64,000 bases of DNA, taken from contig JBEKWR010000005.1 in the NCBI GenBank assembly GCA_049512935.1, positions 65,394 to 129,393 on the forward strand, written 5' to 3'. Positions 37,770-46,640 of the stretch are shown here, piece by piece. The first letter of the stretch is position 1, and each line of letters begins with the position of its first letter. The translations under genes were made by a program, and so were the position numbers. This DNA comes from Candidatus Bathyarchaeia archaeon (lineage in GTDB: Archaea > Thermoproteota > Bathyarchaeia > Bathyarchaeales > Bathycorpusculaceae). A model generated the notes under the pieces. That model was not told where the DNA came from and made no database searches. It saw nothing but the letters and a program-made list of their open reading frames with translations.

Positions 37770-38747
37770 ATGCCTAAAATCAATGAGCTTGACTCAAAAA
37801 TACTGAAAATTCTGCTAAAAGACGGGCGAACAGGCTATTATGAAATAGCAAAGCAGTGCGGAGTGTCGAAGAACAAAGTTTGGAAACGCTGCAGGTCAAT
37901 GGAGAATAAAGGAATAATTAATGGCGGGACAGTTCAGATGAATTTTGCTCATTTCGGTTATGACGCACTTGCCACGCTACTTATCAGTGTTGAGGCTCAG
38001 CAGATTGAACAGGTTATGGAATTCATAGGTAAAATAACTGAGGTGCGTGCTTATCGGCAGTATAACAGTGTTTACAATATCAGGGCAGTTGCAAATTTGA
38101 GGGACCTCAATGAATTGGACTATGTGAAGCAGACGATTAAGCGAAAGCTACCCACTATAGGTTTAAAAACTTACATCTGGACTGGCATCAGAAACATTCC
38201 CGAAAACTTGAACCTCGCTCAGAAAGAAACCGTCGAGAGCAATCAACCGAGTTCAGATTATGCAACTATTGCCGTGGCTGACAAAATCGTCATCGATGAT
38301 TTGGATAAGCAGATAGTGGCAAAACTCACTCTTGATGGGCGCGCTTCATTTACTGAAATCGCGAAGGAACTGGAATTATCTACCGACACAGTCGTAAAAA
38401 GGTATCACAGGCTCAAGGAAAAAGGCACGATAAAAGTTTCAACCCAAATAAACCCAAATAAAATTGGGTACTCCGCAATATTAGATTTCAACATAGCGTT
38501 TACCACTCCTGGCGGCTTGTCGAATCCGGTAGTTGACTCGCTCACGAAAATACCCGACATAATTATCATTACAAAAACGAGCGGCGATTACGACCTGCAA
38601 TTGACGGCTATGATAAGAGACGTTGCGCAGGCATTTCTCATACAAGACCAAATCGCAAGAATCTGCGGAATAACAAAAATTGAAGCCACAGCAAGGAAAA
38701 TTCCTGATAAGTGGCCAACGCCGCAACAATACATATCCACGTTCTAA
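37770..38747 (+). CDS. Tandem (double) Lrp/AsnC regulator
   Basis: Two D..D..I...L..DGR HTH units, SGDYDL, C-terminus WPTPQQYISTF. Confidence 0.9.
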   Translation: MPKINELDSKILKILLKDGRTGYYEIAKQCGVSKNKVWKRCRSMENKGIINGGTVQMNFAHFGYDALATLLISVEAQQIEQVMEFIGKITEVRAYRQYNSVYNIRAVANLRDLNELDYVKQTIKRKLPTIGLKTYIWTGIRNIPENLNLAQKETVESNQPSSDYATIAVADKIVIDDLDKQIVAKLTLDGRASFTEIAKELELSTDTVVKRYHRLKEKGTIKVSTQINPNKIGYSAILDFNIAFTTPGGLSNPVVDSLTKIPDIIIITKTSGDYDLQLTAMIRDVAQAFLIQDQIARICGITKIEATARKIPDKWPTPQQYISTF

Positions 38748-38772
38748 TCTGAGTGGCAACTGCTCAAAAAAA

Positions 38773-39492
38773 CTACTTGCGCTTATGCTTCTCGATTTTC
38801 TCCACGGCGCCAGCGACGGTTCCAACATAGGCAACATCGGTTAACCCAACGAAAAAGCCCGTTTCCACCACGCCCGGAATCATCTTCACCTTGACAGCCA
38901 AGTCGGCTGGAGCCGCGATTTCGCCGAAAAACGAGTCTAAAATCGCGTTGCCATTATCAGTTATGGTTGGCCCAAGCTTGCCTTTGCCCTCACGCAAAAC
39001 AGGCTTCCCACCGATGGCGGCGATTTTCCGCTTAGCCAGTGAGATGGCGAAGGGCAAAACCTCCACGGGGACGCCTTGACCTTTCTCGCCTAGCAGCTTA
39101 ACTTTCTTTTGTTCGTCGGCGATTATCACGTTGAGCTTTGAGGCTGCGGCAACAATCTTTTCCCTCGCCAAGGCCGCGCCCATGCCCTTGATCAGGTAGA
39201 GCTCGGGGGTTACCTGGTCGGCGCCGTCGATGGTCACGTCAACTTCGGGGTGCTCATCCAAACTCGTAATCTGGATTCCGCACTCGACTGCCAAAAGAAA
39301 AGCTTGATACGAAGTAGGAATACCCATGATACGCAGTTTTTCAAGTTTTATTCTTTCGCCCAACGCTTCGATGGCAAACGCGGCTGTGCTTCCACTGCCT
39401 AAACCAACAATAAAGCCGTCCTTAACATGCTTAACCGCGGCCAACGCTGCATTCCGCTTCGCCTCCTGAATCGGGTCAAGGTTAGCTTTCAA
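38773..39492 (-). CDS. rpiA: Ribose-5-phosphate isomerase A
   Basis: GLGSGSTA, DGAD, IKG.GAAL.REK, TDNGN, GVVETG. Confidence 0.96.
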   Translation of the reverse strand: MKANLDPIQEAKRNAALAAVKHVKDGFIVGLGSGSTAAFAIEALGERIKLEKLRIMGIPTSYQAFLLAVECGIQITSLDEHPEVDVTIDGADQVTPELYLIKGMGAALAREKIVAAASKLNVIIADEQKKVKLLGEKGQGVPVEVLPFAISLAKRKIAAIGGKPVLREGKGKLGPTITDNGNAILDSFFGEIAAPADLAVKVKMIPGVVETGFFVGLTDVAYVGTVAGAVEKIEKHKRK

Positions 39493-40234
39493 TTTCCATC
39501 TGCCCCAGCTTATCTAAAACCTTCTCAACTTCACTTCGAATCGACTCAATCCTCTTCTCAGCCTCGGTTTTCTGGTCAGGCTTCTCTTCAGGCGGCTTAC
39601 GCTTCCGCTTCTGCTTCTCCTCACCCGCAGCCTCCTCCTCCACCTCTTCTTCCTCTTCAGCCGTCTCCATTTGGGAAGCAGGCGTCGCCGACGGCATTTT
39701 CACGGGTATTTCTTTGATCGGTTTGACGTCGATTCGGGTTCTCAGTTCCTCAACCTTAGAAGTTAATTCAGTGAAGCGTTCGCTGAAAAGCTTCATCAGG
39801 TCTTCCTGCATGCTTTCAAGGTCGTGCAGCGCGACGATGGATTCGTCTTTTGAGATGGATTCTTTAATAGACATCATCCTTGCAGTGTAGGTGCCCGCAA
39901 GCTTCTCGCGTTCCTGCTCAGTGATTTTTCCTTCAGCCTGCGCCTCGTAGAGTCGGCGGAGCGCGTCGCTTAAGATATCCCGCTCTAAATCCAGCATGCG
40001 CAACTCGTCTTTCGCGCTGGTCGCCGTTGACGCCTGAACACTCTTTGAAATCTTGAAGGGAACGCCAGAGGTTTCAAGGTTTAGGTCGCCAGCCATTGAC
40101 TGGGTCTTCTGCGGCTTTTTCTTCGACGGACCCATCGATCCGAGGCGTCGCATGGCATAGATAACCACTCCGCAAGCGAAAATTATCACTACCGCAACCG
40201 CAGTGACTGTTACTGGGTCGTCATACCAAGCCAT
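39482..40234 (-). CDS. Membrane-anchored coiled-coil hypothetical protein
   Basis: N-terminal TM helix, coiled coil and acidic tract. Overlaps the rpiA start. Confidence 0.7.
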   Translation of the reverse strand: MAWYDDPVTVTAVAVVIIFACGVVIYAMRRLGSMGPSKKKPQKTQSMAGDLNLETSGVPFKISKSVQASTATSAKDELRMLDLERDILSDALRRLYEAQAEGKITEQEREKLAGTYTARMMSIKESISKDESIVALHDLESMQEDLMKLFSERFTELTSKVEELRTRIDVKPIKEIPVKMPSATPASQMETAEEEEEVEEEAAGEEKQKRKRKPPEEKPDQKTEAEKRIESIRSEVEKVLDKLGQMEIES

Positions 40235-40335
40235 GCCAAGCTGTCCTCGGTATCTTGATTATGTACCATTAATATATAAATTATACAAATCTCAACCGTG
40301 AATGCGAACCAAACGCGCGGTAAAAAACGGTTTTT

Positions 40336-41166
40336 TCACTTCTCCGCGTCCAAGGTTCTAAGCATGCTTCCCGACTGGTAACCTTCCAAATCAAAGGTGA
40401 CGTACTTGAAACCGAGTTTTTTGAGGTTTTCAGCCACGCCGTCCAAAACGTCGATGTTGCAGAATAGTGCTCTCTCCGCTTTTGCAACCTCTATCCTTGC
40501 CAAGCCGTTGTGGTCCCTCACCCGAACCTGCTTAGCCCCAGTTAACGCCTTCACAGCCCGCTCTGCCCTGTCGATTCTGACCAGCTTTTCAGCCGTTATT
40601 CTCTCGTTGAACGGTATCCTCGACGCTAAACACGCCAAGGCAGGCTTGTCATGAACGCTAAGCCCCATGCTTTTCGCAACTTGGCGAATCTCGCCTTTGG
40701 TGAACTTGTTAACCATCCATGGGCTGTAAACGTTTTCTGCCTCCTTAACCGCTTTAAAGCCTGGCCTATGATCGCCAAGGTCTGAGAAGTTGGTGCCTTC
40801 AAAAACCGCGTGGAACCCGATTTCATGTGCGAAGTCAACGAGGCGCGCGAGCAGCTCTTTTTTGCAGTAGTAGCAGCGGTTTTCGGGGTTTCGGCTGAAA
40901 TCCTCGTTGGATAACTCGTCAGTTTCAATGATGAAAAGCTTGATGCCTATTTCTTTGGCTACCCTCTTGGCATCCTGTAGCTCTTCAGACGTGTAAGTGG
41001 GCGACTTGGCAATAACAGCCACCGCTTTCTCGCCTAGAACCTCGTGGCTGACCGCCGCCAAGGTCGAGCTGTCTACGCCGCCAGAAAACGCGATGACGAC
41101 ACCGTCTTTCCCAGTTTCCGAAATGAAAGTTCGAAGCTGCTCAAGCTTGCCGTTTAACTCGTCCAT
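40336..41166 (-). CDS. larE: ATP-dependent sulfur transferase LarE
   Basis: SGGVDS PP-loop, RCYYCK, DHRPG, CLASRIP, VRVR.H. Confidence 0.95.
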   Translation of the reverse strand: MDELNGKLEQLRTFISETGKDGVVIAFSGGVDSSTLAAVSHEVLGEKAVAVIAKSPTYTSEELQDAKRVAKEIGIKLFIIETDELSNEDFSRNPENRCYYCKKELLARLVDFAHEIGFHAVFEGTNFSDLGDHRPGFKAVKEAENVYSPWMVNKFTKGEIRQVAKSMGLSVHDKPALACLASRIPFNERITAEKLVRIDRAERAVKALTGAKQVRVRDHNGLARIEVAKAERALFCNIDVLDGVAENLKKLGFKYVTFDLEGYQSGSMLRTLDAEK

Positions 41167-41175
41167 GCAGATTAC

Positions 41176-42426
41176 CTACTTTTGGATGAAGATTTCCCTT
41201 GCCTTTGAAACAGCCATTTCAGCAAGCTCTCGCAGGGGTTTTTTGGTTTTTTCAGCCAGCCGTTTAAGGTCATCGTACTCGGGTTTTACCCGAATAACTT
41301 TCCCGTCTGCGTCTTTGACAACTTTGACTTTAACATGCTCCGTTATGCCCCCTAAAACCAAGTCAACCACGCATGATTCCCGACTCATGATGTGCCGCTC
41401 ACACGCATAGACTCTGACGCCCAGCGTGCCAGTCTCCTCAATCAGCACGCGCGAAAGACGCTGAGAATCCCCTTGGTCGGCGATGACCTTGATTATTTGC
41501 CCGGGCCTGTTCTTTTTGGTGAACATGGGAATGATGGCTACATCTTTTGCGCCTTCGGCGAGAAGTCTGTCAACGGCGTGCCCAACAATCTCGCCTGACA
41601 CGTCGTCAACGTTGGTTTCCAACACCGCAATCTGATCCTTGCCCAAGCAGCTCTCCAAAGGTTTGCCCACTACGATTCGGAGAACGTTGGGGACTTCAGC
41701 GAAATCTTTGCCGCCTGCCCCGTAACCAACCTTTAGAGGAGCCATCTCAGGGTAGAAACAGCTCACTTCCTGAGCCAAATTAACTATCAATGACGCGCCC
41801 GTGGGCGTGGCCAACTCTGACTCGACAGGCCCGCCTTTAATCGGGAAACTTTTTGATTGAAAAATGGCCAGCGCGGCAGGGGAAGGACTTGAGACGGTGC
41901 CGTGCGAGAACTGAAATAGCCCTCCGCCCACCGAGACGGGTGTCGCAACGATCTTAGCGTTGAAGAAGCCGAGGTCGTCCATGGCAACCGCTGAACCTAT
42001 GATTTCCGCTGCCGTGTCAACTAGTCCAACTTCGTGCAGGTGCGCATTTGCCAAGTGGTGTCCATGAAGCTTTGATTCAGCGTCTACAAGCGTGTGTATG
42101 ACGTTGGAGGCAAACTGCTTTGCTTTCTCGGACAAGCCGAGTTTTTCCGCCGTTTCTTCAACTATCGCGATTAGTTGTGCGCCGTCTTTTCTTGATTTTC
42201 CTTCGGCTGTAACGTCAACTTTGGTGGCTCGGAAGCCTTTCCGCATCACGTGCTTGATGTCCACCGTCACGTTCTTGTACCCGTACTCGGCGTTTTCCAG
42301 ACTCTTTATCGCCAAAGTAACCTTGTTTACGTCAGCGCCGAGGTCCAGCAGCGCACCCAGCATCATATCTCCGGAAATACCTGCGACTTGGCAGTCAATG
42401 GTAACTATTTGGGAAAATTCAGTCAT
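41176..42426 (-). CDS. larC: Nickel-pincer cofactor nickel insertase LarC
   Basis: GISGDM.LGAL, HLHEVG, TPTGA, LETNVDD, KKNRPG, ETGTLGVR, KPEYDD. Confidence 0.95.
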   Translation of the reverse strand: MTEFSQIVTIDCQVAGISGDMMLGALLDLGADVNKVTLAIKSLENAEYGYKNVTVDIKHVMRKGFRATKVDVTAEGKSRKDGAQLIAIVEETAEKLGLSEKAKQFASNVIHTLVDAESKLHGHHLANAHLHEVGLVDTAAEIIGSAVAMDDLGFFNAKIVATPVSVGGGLFQFSHGTVSSPSPAALAIFQSKSFPIKGGPVESELATPTGASLIVNLAQEVSCFYPEMAPLKVGYGAGGKDFAEVPNVLRIVVGKPLESCLGKDQIAVLETNVDDVSGEIVGHAVDRLLAEGAKDVAIIPMFTKKNRPGQIIKVIADQGDSQRLSRVLIEETGTLGVRVYACERHIMSRESCVVDLVLGGITEHVKVKVVKDADGKVIRVKPEYDDLKRLAEKTKKPLRELAEMAVSKAREIFIQK

Positions 42427-42503
42427 TATGTTTCGACCGCTGGCTACTATTAAAAAGGCAAAAACGATATATTACTTGTGGTTCTATGGCAAGTGATTAA
42501 ACA

Positions 42504-43289
42504 ATGTACGCTTTGAAGGATATTTTGGAAAAAACCGCCAAAGGCGAGGTCACGGTAGAAGAAGCCGAAAAACTGGTGCGTTTGCAAGCCGTCGCTGAGC
42601 TTGAAGGCGTGGCGAAGATTGATTTTAACAGGGAGCAGCGCAAGGGCATTCCTGAAGTTGTTTTGGCTGAAAACAAGATGCCAGCAGACGTTGTTGAAAT
42701 AACCCTGCGGATGATGCGTGAGAGCGGCAGAGTGATAGTTAGCAGATGCAGCCCAGAACACATTCAAGCCCTCAGAGGCGGGTTGCCGCGTGACGCTGTT
42801 TTCCAAGTTAATGAAAAAGCAAGAATGGCGGTTGTAAAAAACAGGGATTTCTCGGTTAAGGCTACTGGCGGAAAAATCGGGATTTTAACGGCTGGCACCT
42901 CTGACATTCCAGTCGCTGAAGAGGCGAAAGTGATTGCGGAGGAGATGGGCTGCCAAGTTTTTGCTTCGTACGACCTGGGCGTTGCTGGCATCCACAGGCT
43001 GCTTGGCCCGCTTAAGGATTTAATCATGAAGGACGTCGACGTTGTCGTTGTGGTCGCAGGCAGGGAAGGCGCCTTGTGCTCCGTTGTCGCAGGGTTAGTT
43101 AATGTTCCAGTCATCGCGGTTCCAACCTCTAACAGCTACGGCTTCGGCGAAAAAGGTGTAGGCACGCTGATGGCTATGCTTCAGTCATGCTCGCTGGGCT
43201 TAGCGGTAGTCAACATCGACGCGGGAGTTGCCGCTGGCGCGATGGCTACGTTGATCGCTAATCGAGCCGCCAAATTTAGAAAAACCTGA
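42504..43289 (+). CDS. larB: Nickel-pincer cofactor carboxylase/hydrolase LarB
   Basis: AGTSDIPVAEEA, GVAGIHRL, AGREGAL, VVNID. Confidence 0.95.
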   Translation: MYALKDILEKTAKGEVTVEEAEKLVRLQAVAELEGVAKIDFNREQRKGIPEVVLAENKMPADVVEITLRMMRESGRVIVSRCSPEHIQALRGGLPRDAVFQVNEKARMAVVKNRDFSVKATGGKIGILTAGTSDIPVAEEAKVIAEEMGCQVFASYDLGVAGIHRLLGPLKDLIMKDVDVVVVVAGREGALCSVVAGLVNVPVIAVPTSNSYGFGEKGVGTLMAMLQSCSLGLAVVNIDAGVAAGAMATLIANRAAKFRKT

Positions 43290-43410
43290 CGGGAACCGAT
43301 TTTCAACGGGCATCTTTGATTCGCGTGGCTCGGTTGACAGTATAATTTATCTTTAGCAAGTTACCCTTTTTCTGTTTAGGCATCAGACGAATGTGTGAGT
43401 TTTGGGAGAA

Positions 43411-44510
43411 ATGGCGACGGCAGAGAAACGTAAGCTTGTAGTTTTCGACGTTGAAGGGGTGCTTATTCCGAAAAACCGCTTCATTTTCGAAATTGGAAAA
43501 GGCTTAGGTTTTTTTAGGCTGGTTAAGCTCCTTTTTTACGGTTTCCTCTATGAATCAGGCATTCTTGGGCTGCAATCAGTGCTTAAGCGTCTCTTCAGTG
43601 AACTCAGAGGAGTTAAGCTTGACGTTATAGTGGCGATTTTCGGTAAAATCTCTTCAACTTCTAGTCAGCAAACCGTCTTTGCACAACTCAAAGCGAGGAA
43701 CTGCAAGACCGCTTTAGTCAGCTCTGGTTTGCCAACGGTTGTCGTGAAAATGTTAGCTGACCAACTGGGCGCGGACTACGCTTACGGCGTTGAAGTCGGC
43801 ACGGAAGACGGCAGATTAACAGGCGAAATCTGCGGCGACGCAACCGAACCTAACGGGAAACTGAAGATTCTCACGCAGATATTAACGGCTGAAAACTTGA
43901 GGTTAAGCGACTGCGTGGTCGTGGCTGACGACAGAAACAACCGTTGCATTTTCCTGCCTGGGGTGTTGAAGATCGGTTTTAACCCTGATTTTGTCTTGCG
44001 TGTTAAAGCAGACAGGGTGGTGAGCGGGTCGCTTTCAGCCGTTATTCCCATAGTTGACGGGGAACGGCGTCGGCGTTCTTTCCCGTCGGTGAACGATTTC
44101 GTGCGGGAAGACATTCATGCGTCGGGGGTTTTCATGCCTATCATCGCCAGCTTGATAGGTGTCCCCGCAGTTGGCGTGCTGATTTTCGTTATAGCAGCAG
44201 TCTACACAGTGTCTGAGCTTTGGCGCTTGGAGGGAAAAGAGCTTCCGTTCATCTCGGCTGTAACCCGCCGTCGCTTTTCGGAGGCTTGATTTCATCGTCT
44301 TTGCCGTTTAATAAGGGGAAAACTTGGGAGGGCTCGTTGGCAGGGGTGTTCTTCGCGTTTCTAGCTGGAATGTTCTTTTTGCCTGGCAAGCCGCTTATTG
44401 CCTTGGCTGGCGCGGCGATCGCGATGACCGTTGAGGTTCTTCCGCTGCCTGTAAACGACAACGTGCTGGTTCCAGTGATAACGGGAGCGGCATTATCACT
44501 GCTCGTCTAA
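43411..44510 (+). pseudogene. HAD (SerB-like) plus dolichol/phytol-kinase-like membrane domain fusion, broken by an internal deletion/frameshift
   Basis: N-part has VVFDVEG, SSG and VADD; the C-part in another frame has NKGKTWEGS and VNDN. Junction about 44265-44272. Confidence 0.75.
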
Positions 44511-44525
44511 ACTTACACGGTTTTT

Positions 44526-44798
44526 TCAAGCAGTGTTCCGAGACGGTTTTTTATTTTGGGAATTGATCAGGTCGCCTTTCTGCTGGTGGCTTAGCTTTTT
44601 TATTTCTCTTTCCCGCTTCATCGCTGCACCCCGGGAACCGAAAAGTTCAGTGTACGCGATTTTCAACGGCTTGTGTGTCTTGGTGTATCTTGCGCCGTTG
44701 CCGTTTTGGTGGAGCCTTGTTCTCGCGTCCAGATCTTTGGTGTAGCCCGTGTAGAAGCTTCCGTCGGCGCAGAGCAGGATGTAAACGCAGAACGACAC
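44526..44798 (-). CDS. GIY-YIG nuclease (UPF0213/YhbQ family)
   Basis: VYILLCADGSFYTGYT..H..G.GARYT..AMKREREIKKL. Confidence 0.92.
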   Translation of the reverse strand: MSFCVYILLCADGSFYTGYTKDLDARTRLHQNGNGARYTKTHKPLKIAYTELFGSRGAAMKREREIKKLSHQQKGDLINSQNKKPSRNTA

Positions 44799-44803
44799 TT
44801 GCC

Positions 44804-45484
44804 CTATTGCCCCCTGACCTCGGCGGGCATGTAATCATAAACGATCCCTCGCTGGATGGCTCTTTTCAGGTATGCCTCAGGGTCGATTTCCTGGACCTTC
44901 GCGTGGTCAACGTCGATAATGTAGATTTCGTGAATGCGCGCGTTTTTTATCTCTTCAAGCGTAACAGGCGGCCTCTGATAGTACGCGTCGCAGAGCCTTT
45001 TTATCTGCTGGATTTCCCAGTCTTCACGGTTCCTGGGCGGTTTGGCGAGCGCACGGGGAAACGGCAGGATATAGTGGGGAGGCACGCCCAACGCGAATTT
45101 TCCCGCGAAGCTGCTGTACCGTATTATTTTGCTTGCTAACCGAGCTGAAGTGTACGTTAACGGCGCCAGTGCGTTTTCAGGCGGAATGAAGCCTGTTTCA
45201 ACCTCTACGATAAGGTTTCCTAACCCTTTTGTGGCGAAAAGGTCGCAGGTTAAAATTTCGTTCAGTTTGTTTTCAATTTGAACCTCGTAGCCCTTTTCAA
45301 TCAGGTACTTTGCGCATACAAGCTCGTTTACGGAGTGGTTGATTTTTACGATGTTTTCTTTGCGCAGGTTCACCAGGCAGTTTTTGAGGAAGCCGAGTTT
45401 GTTTTTGACTTGCTCGTCGCAGTCGCTTGTTAGCCTAGAGAGTAAAGTCGTTAAATCATCTTCGAACTCTTGCCTGCTGCTCAT
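44804..45484 (-). CDS. Hypothetical protein with a PD-(D/E)XK nuclease-like core
   Basis: H..NE, GYEVQIE, CDLFA, IVEVETG pattern. Co-oriented with the GIY-YIG gene 5 nt away. Confidence 0.65.
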   Translation of the reverse strand: MSSRQEFEDDLTTLLSRLTSDCDEQVKNKLGFLKNCLVNLRKENIVKINHSVNELVCAKYLIEKGYEVQIENKLNEILTCDLFATKGLGNLIVEVETGFIPPENALAPLTYTSARLASKIIRYSSFAGKFALGVPPHYILPFPRALAKPPRNREDWEIQQIKRLCDAYYQRPPVTLEEIKNARIHEIYIIDVDHAKVQEIDPEAYLKRAIQRGIVYDYMPAEVRGQ

Positions 45485-45623
45485 TTACGTTTCCTTTCCA
45501 AGTTGACTTGCCCTTTGCACTTAAACTATTTGGTTTCGAAAATATATAAACTCAGAAACGCGCTGGGTGTTGAATCATTCTGTGCACAACTACGCTTATA
45601 TAGAATTTCTGCGCATTTATACA

Positions 45624-45803
45624 GTGTCCAAGTTGAGGAGCAGGCTGAAAGTCAACTAAGCTTGGCTCGGTGTAAATATTAACTTCACCGCTTGGCGCTG
45701 TCTCGGCGAAAAGTGAACGGGACACATGTTTCCCGGGGTTTAGTTAACCAGCTGGCTGAACCTTGCTAGTTGCTCAGGCTTTGACTCAACTTGGCATCCT
45801 TTT
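45624..45803 (+). ncRNA. Putative multi-branched structured ncRNA (about 180 nt)
   Basis: TATA CTTATATA at 45595-45602. Terminal 10-bp helix CCAAGTTGAG/CTCAACTTGG, several internal hairpins with G-U pairs, then TTTT. Confidence 0.6.
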
Positions 45804-45900
45804 GCTTACAGAAGCCGCATGTAAAGGGTAGACAGGGGTCGGCGGTTTTTTGTTGGGTTTGTTTTGGGTTGATTTTGTGGTTTGGGGCTTGTGGCGTTTG

Positions 45901-45991
45901 CAGGTCACGTTCTTTCCCGTGGAATCCCGTGGATTAGCGTTGTTTCCCGTTTTTTCCCGTTCATTACCGTTTCTTAGCGTTTTGGCAACGT
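45901..45991. repeat. Helically phased array of 10-bp units ending in CGT
   Basis: Eight consecutive decamers end in CGT; a ninth follows at 11 bp. Confidence 0.85.
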
Positions 45992-46053
45992 ATTCAGTTA
46001 GTGAATTATTCAGCAAGTGAATACAAACTGAGACTTGTTGATCGCTACCTCGC

Positions 46054-46239
46054 CTATGGCTTTATGGACGAGAGCACAAGCCGTGTGTTGGGCACGTCCA
46101 CATCCACAATCTTGCAACCTTTGAACTCTTTCGCTTCCCCAAGGATGCTTTTGACTGTCACGTTGTCGCCTTCGACTTTAGCGTAGATTACATCTTTAAA
46201 CTGGGTTTTCCCATCAAGGATAACGTTAAATTCACACAT
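46054..46239 (-). CDS. CooT-family nickel-binding protein
   Basis: MCEF start, DVI, ILGE, 61 aa. Confidence 0.8.
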   Translation of the reverse strand: MCEFNVILDGKTQFKDVIYAKVEGDNVTVKSILGEAKEFKGCKIVDVDVPNTRLVLSSIKP

Positions 46240-46484
46240 GAATCTTCACTGCTAGCAAAAAGAGAATTGTCGGTAATAAGCGTTTTATGGAAACAACTAA
46301 CTGTTCCTGAGAAACCTTTACTTATATCAGCTTAAGGCTTTTTGAGGAAAAGCGGTCTTGAGTCGCCTTTACTAAGTTAAAGCGGCAGAGGAAAAGTGTA
46401 AACTTCAGGGGCAGTTCAGCGTGGACACCGTAAACTTTTTATGTTTACATGGCTGATTCTTTAGAGTACGCGGTATTAAGAGGC

Positions 46485-46541
46485 ATGAAAATGAGGGATT
46501 GTCACCTCCATAGCTGGAATCGTCGGGTACTTATTCTTTGA
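46485..46541 (+). CDS. Putative ilvB leader peptide MKMRDCHLHSWNRRVLIL
   Basis: GAGG at 46480-46483, ATGs at 46485 and 46491, ending GTA CTT ATT CTT TGA within a long ilvB leader. Confidence 0.5.
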   Translation: MKMRDCHLHSWNRRVLIL

Positions 46542-46640
46542 TTCTCCCAGGAAACCCTCTGAAAAAGCCGCGTCAAAATTTGCAATCATTTCTTCCCGAG
46601 ACGAGGGTATATTTGTTGGAAAAGGAGAAAGCGATGAAAA

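Noticed and set aside
45624-45830. RNase P or SRP RNA identity for the second RNA
   Set aside because: It lacks the GAGGAAAGUCC/P4 pairing and the SRP helix-8 motif, and it is too short.
45786-46016. 76-aa minus-strand ORF
   Set aside because: A low-complexity translation of the G/T tract and CGT array; the 10-bp period is not codon-compatible.
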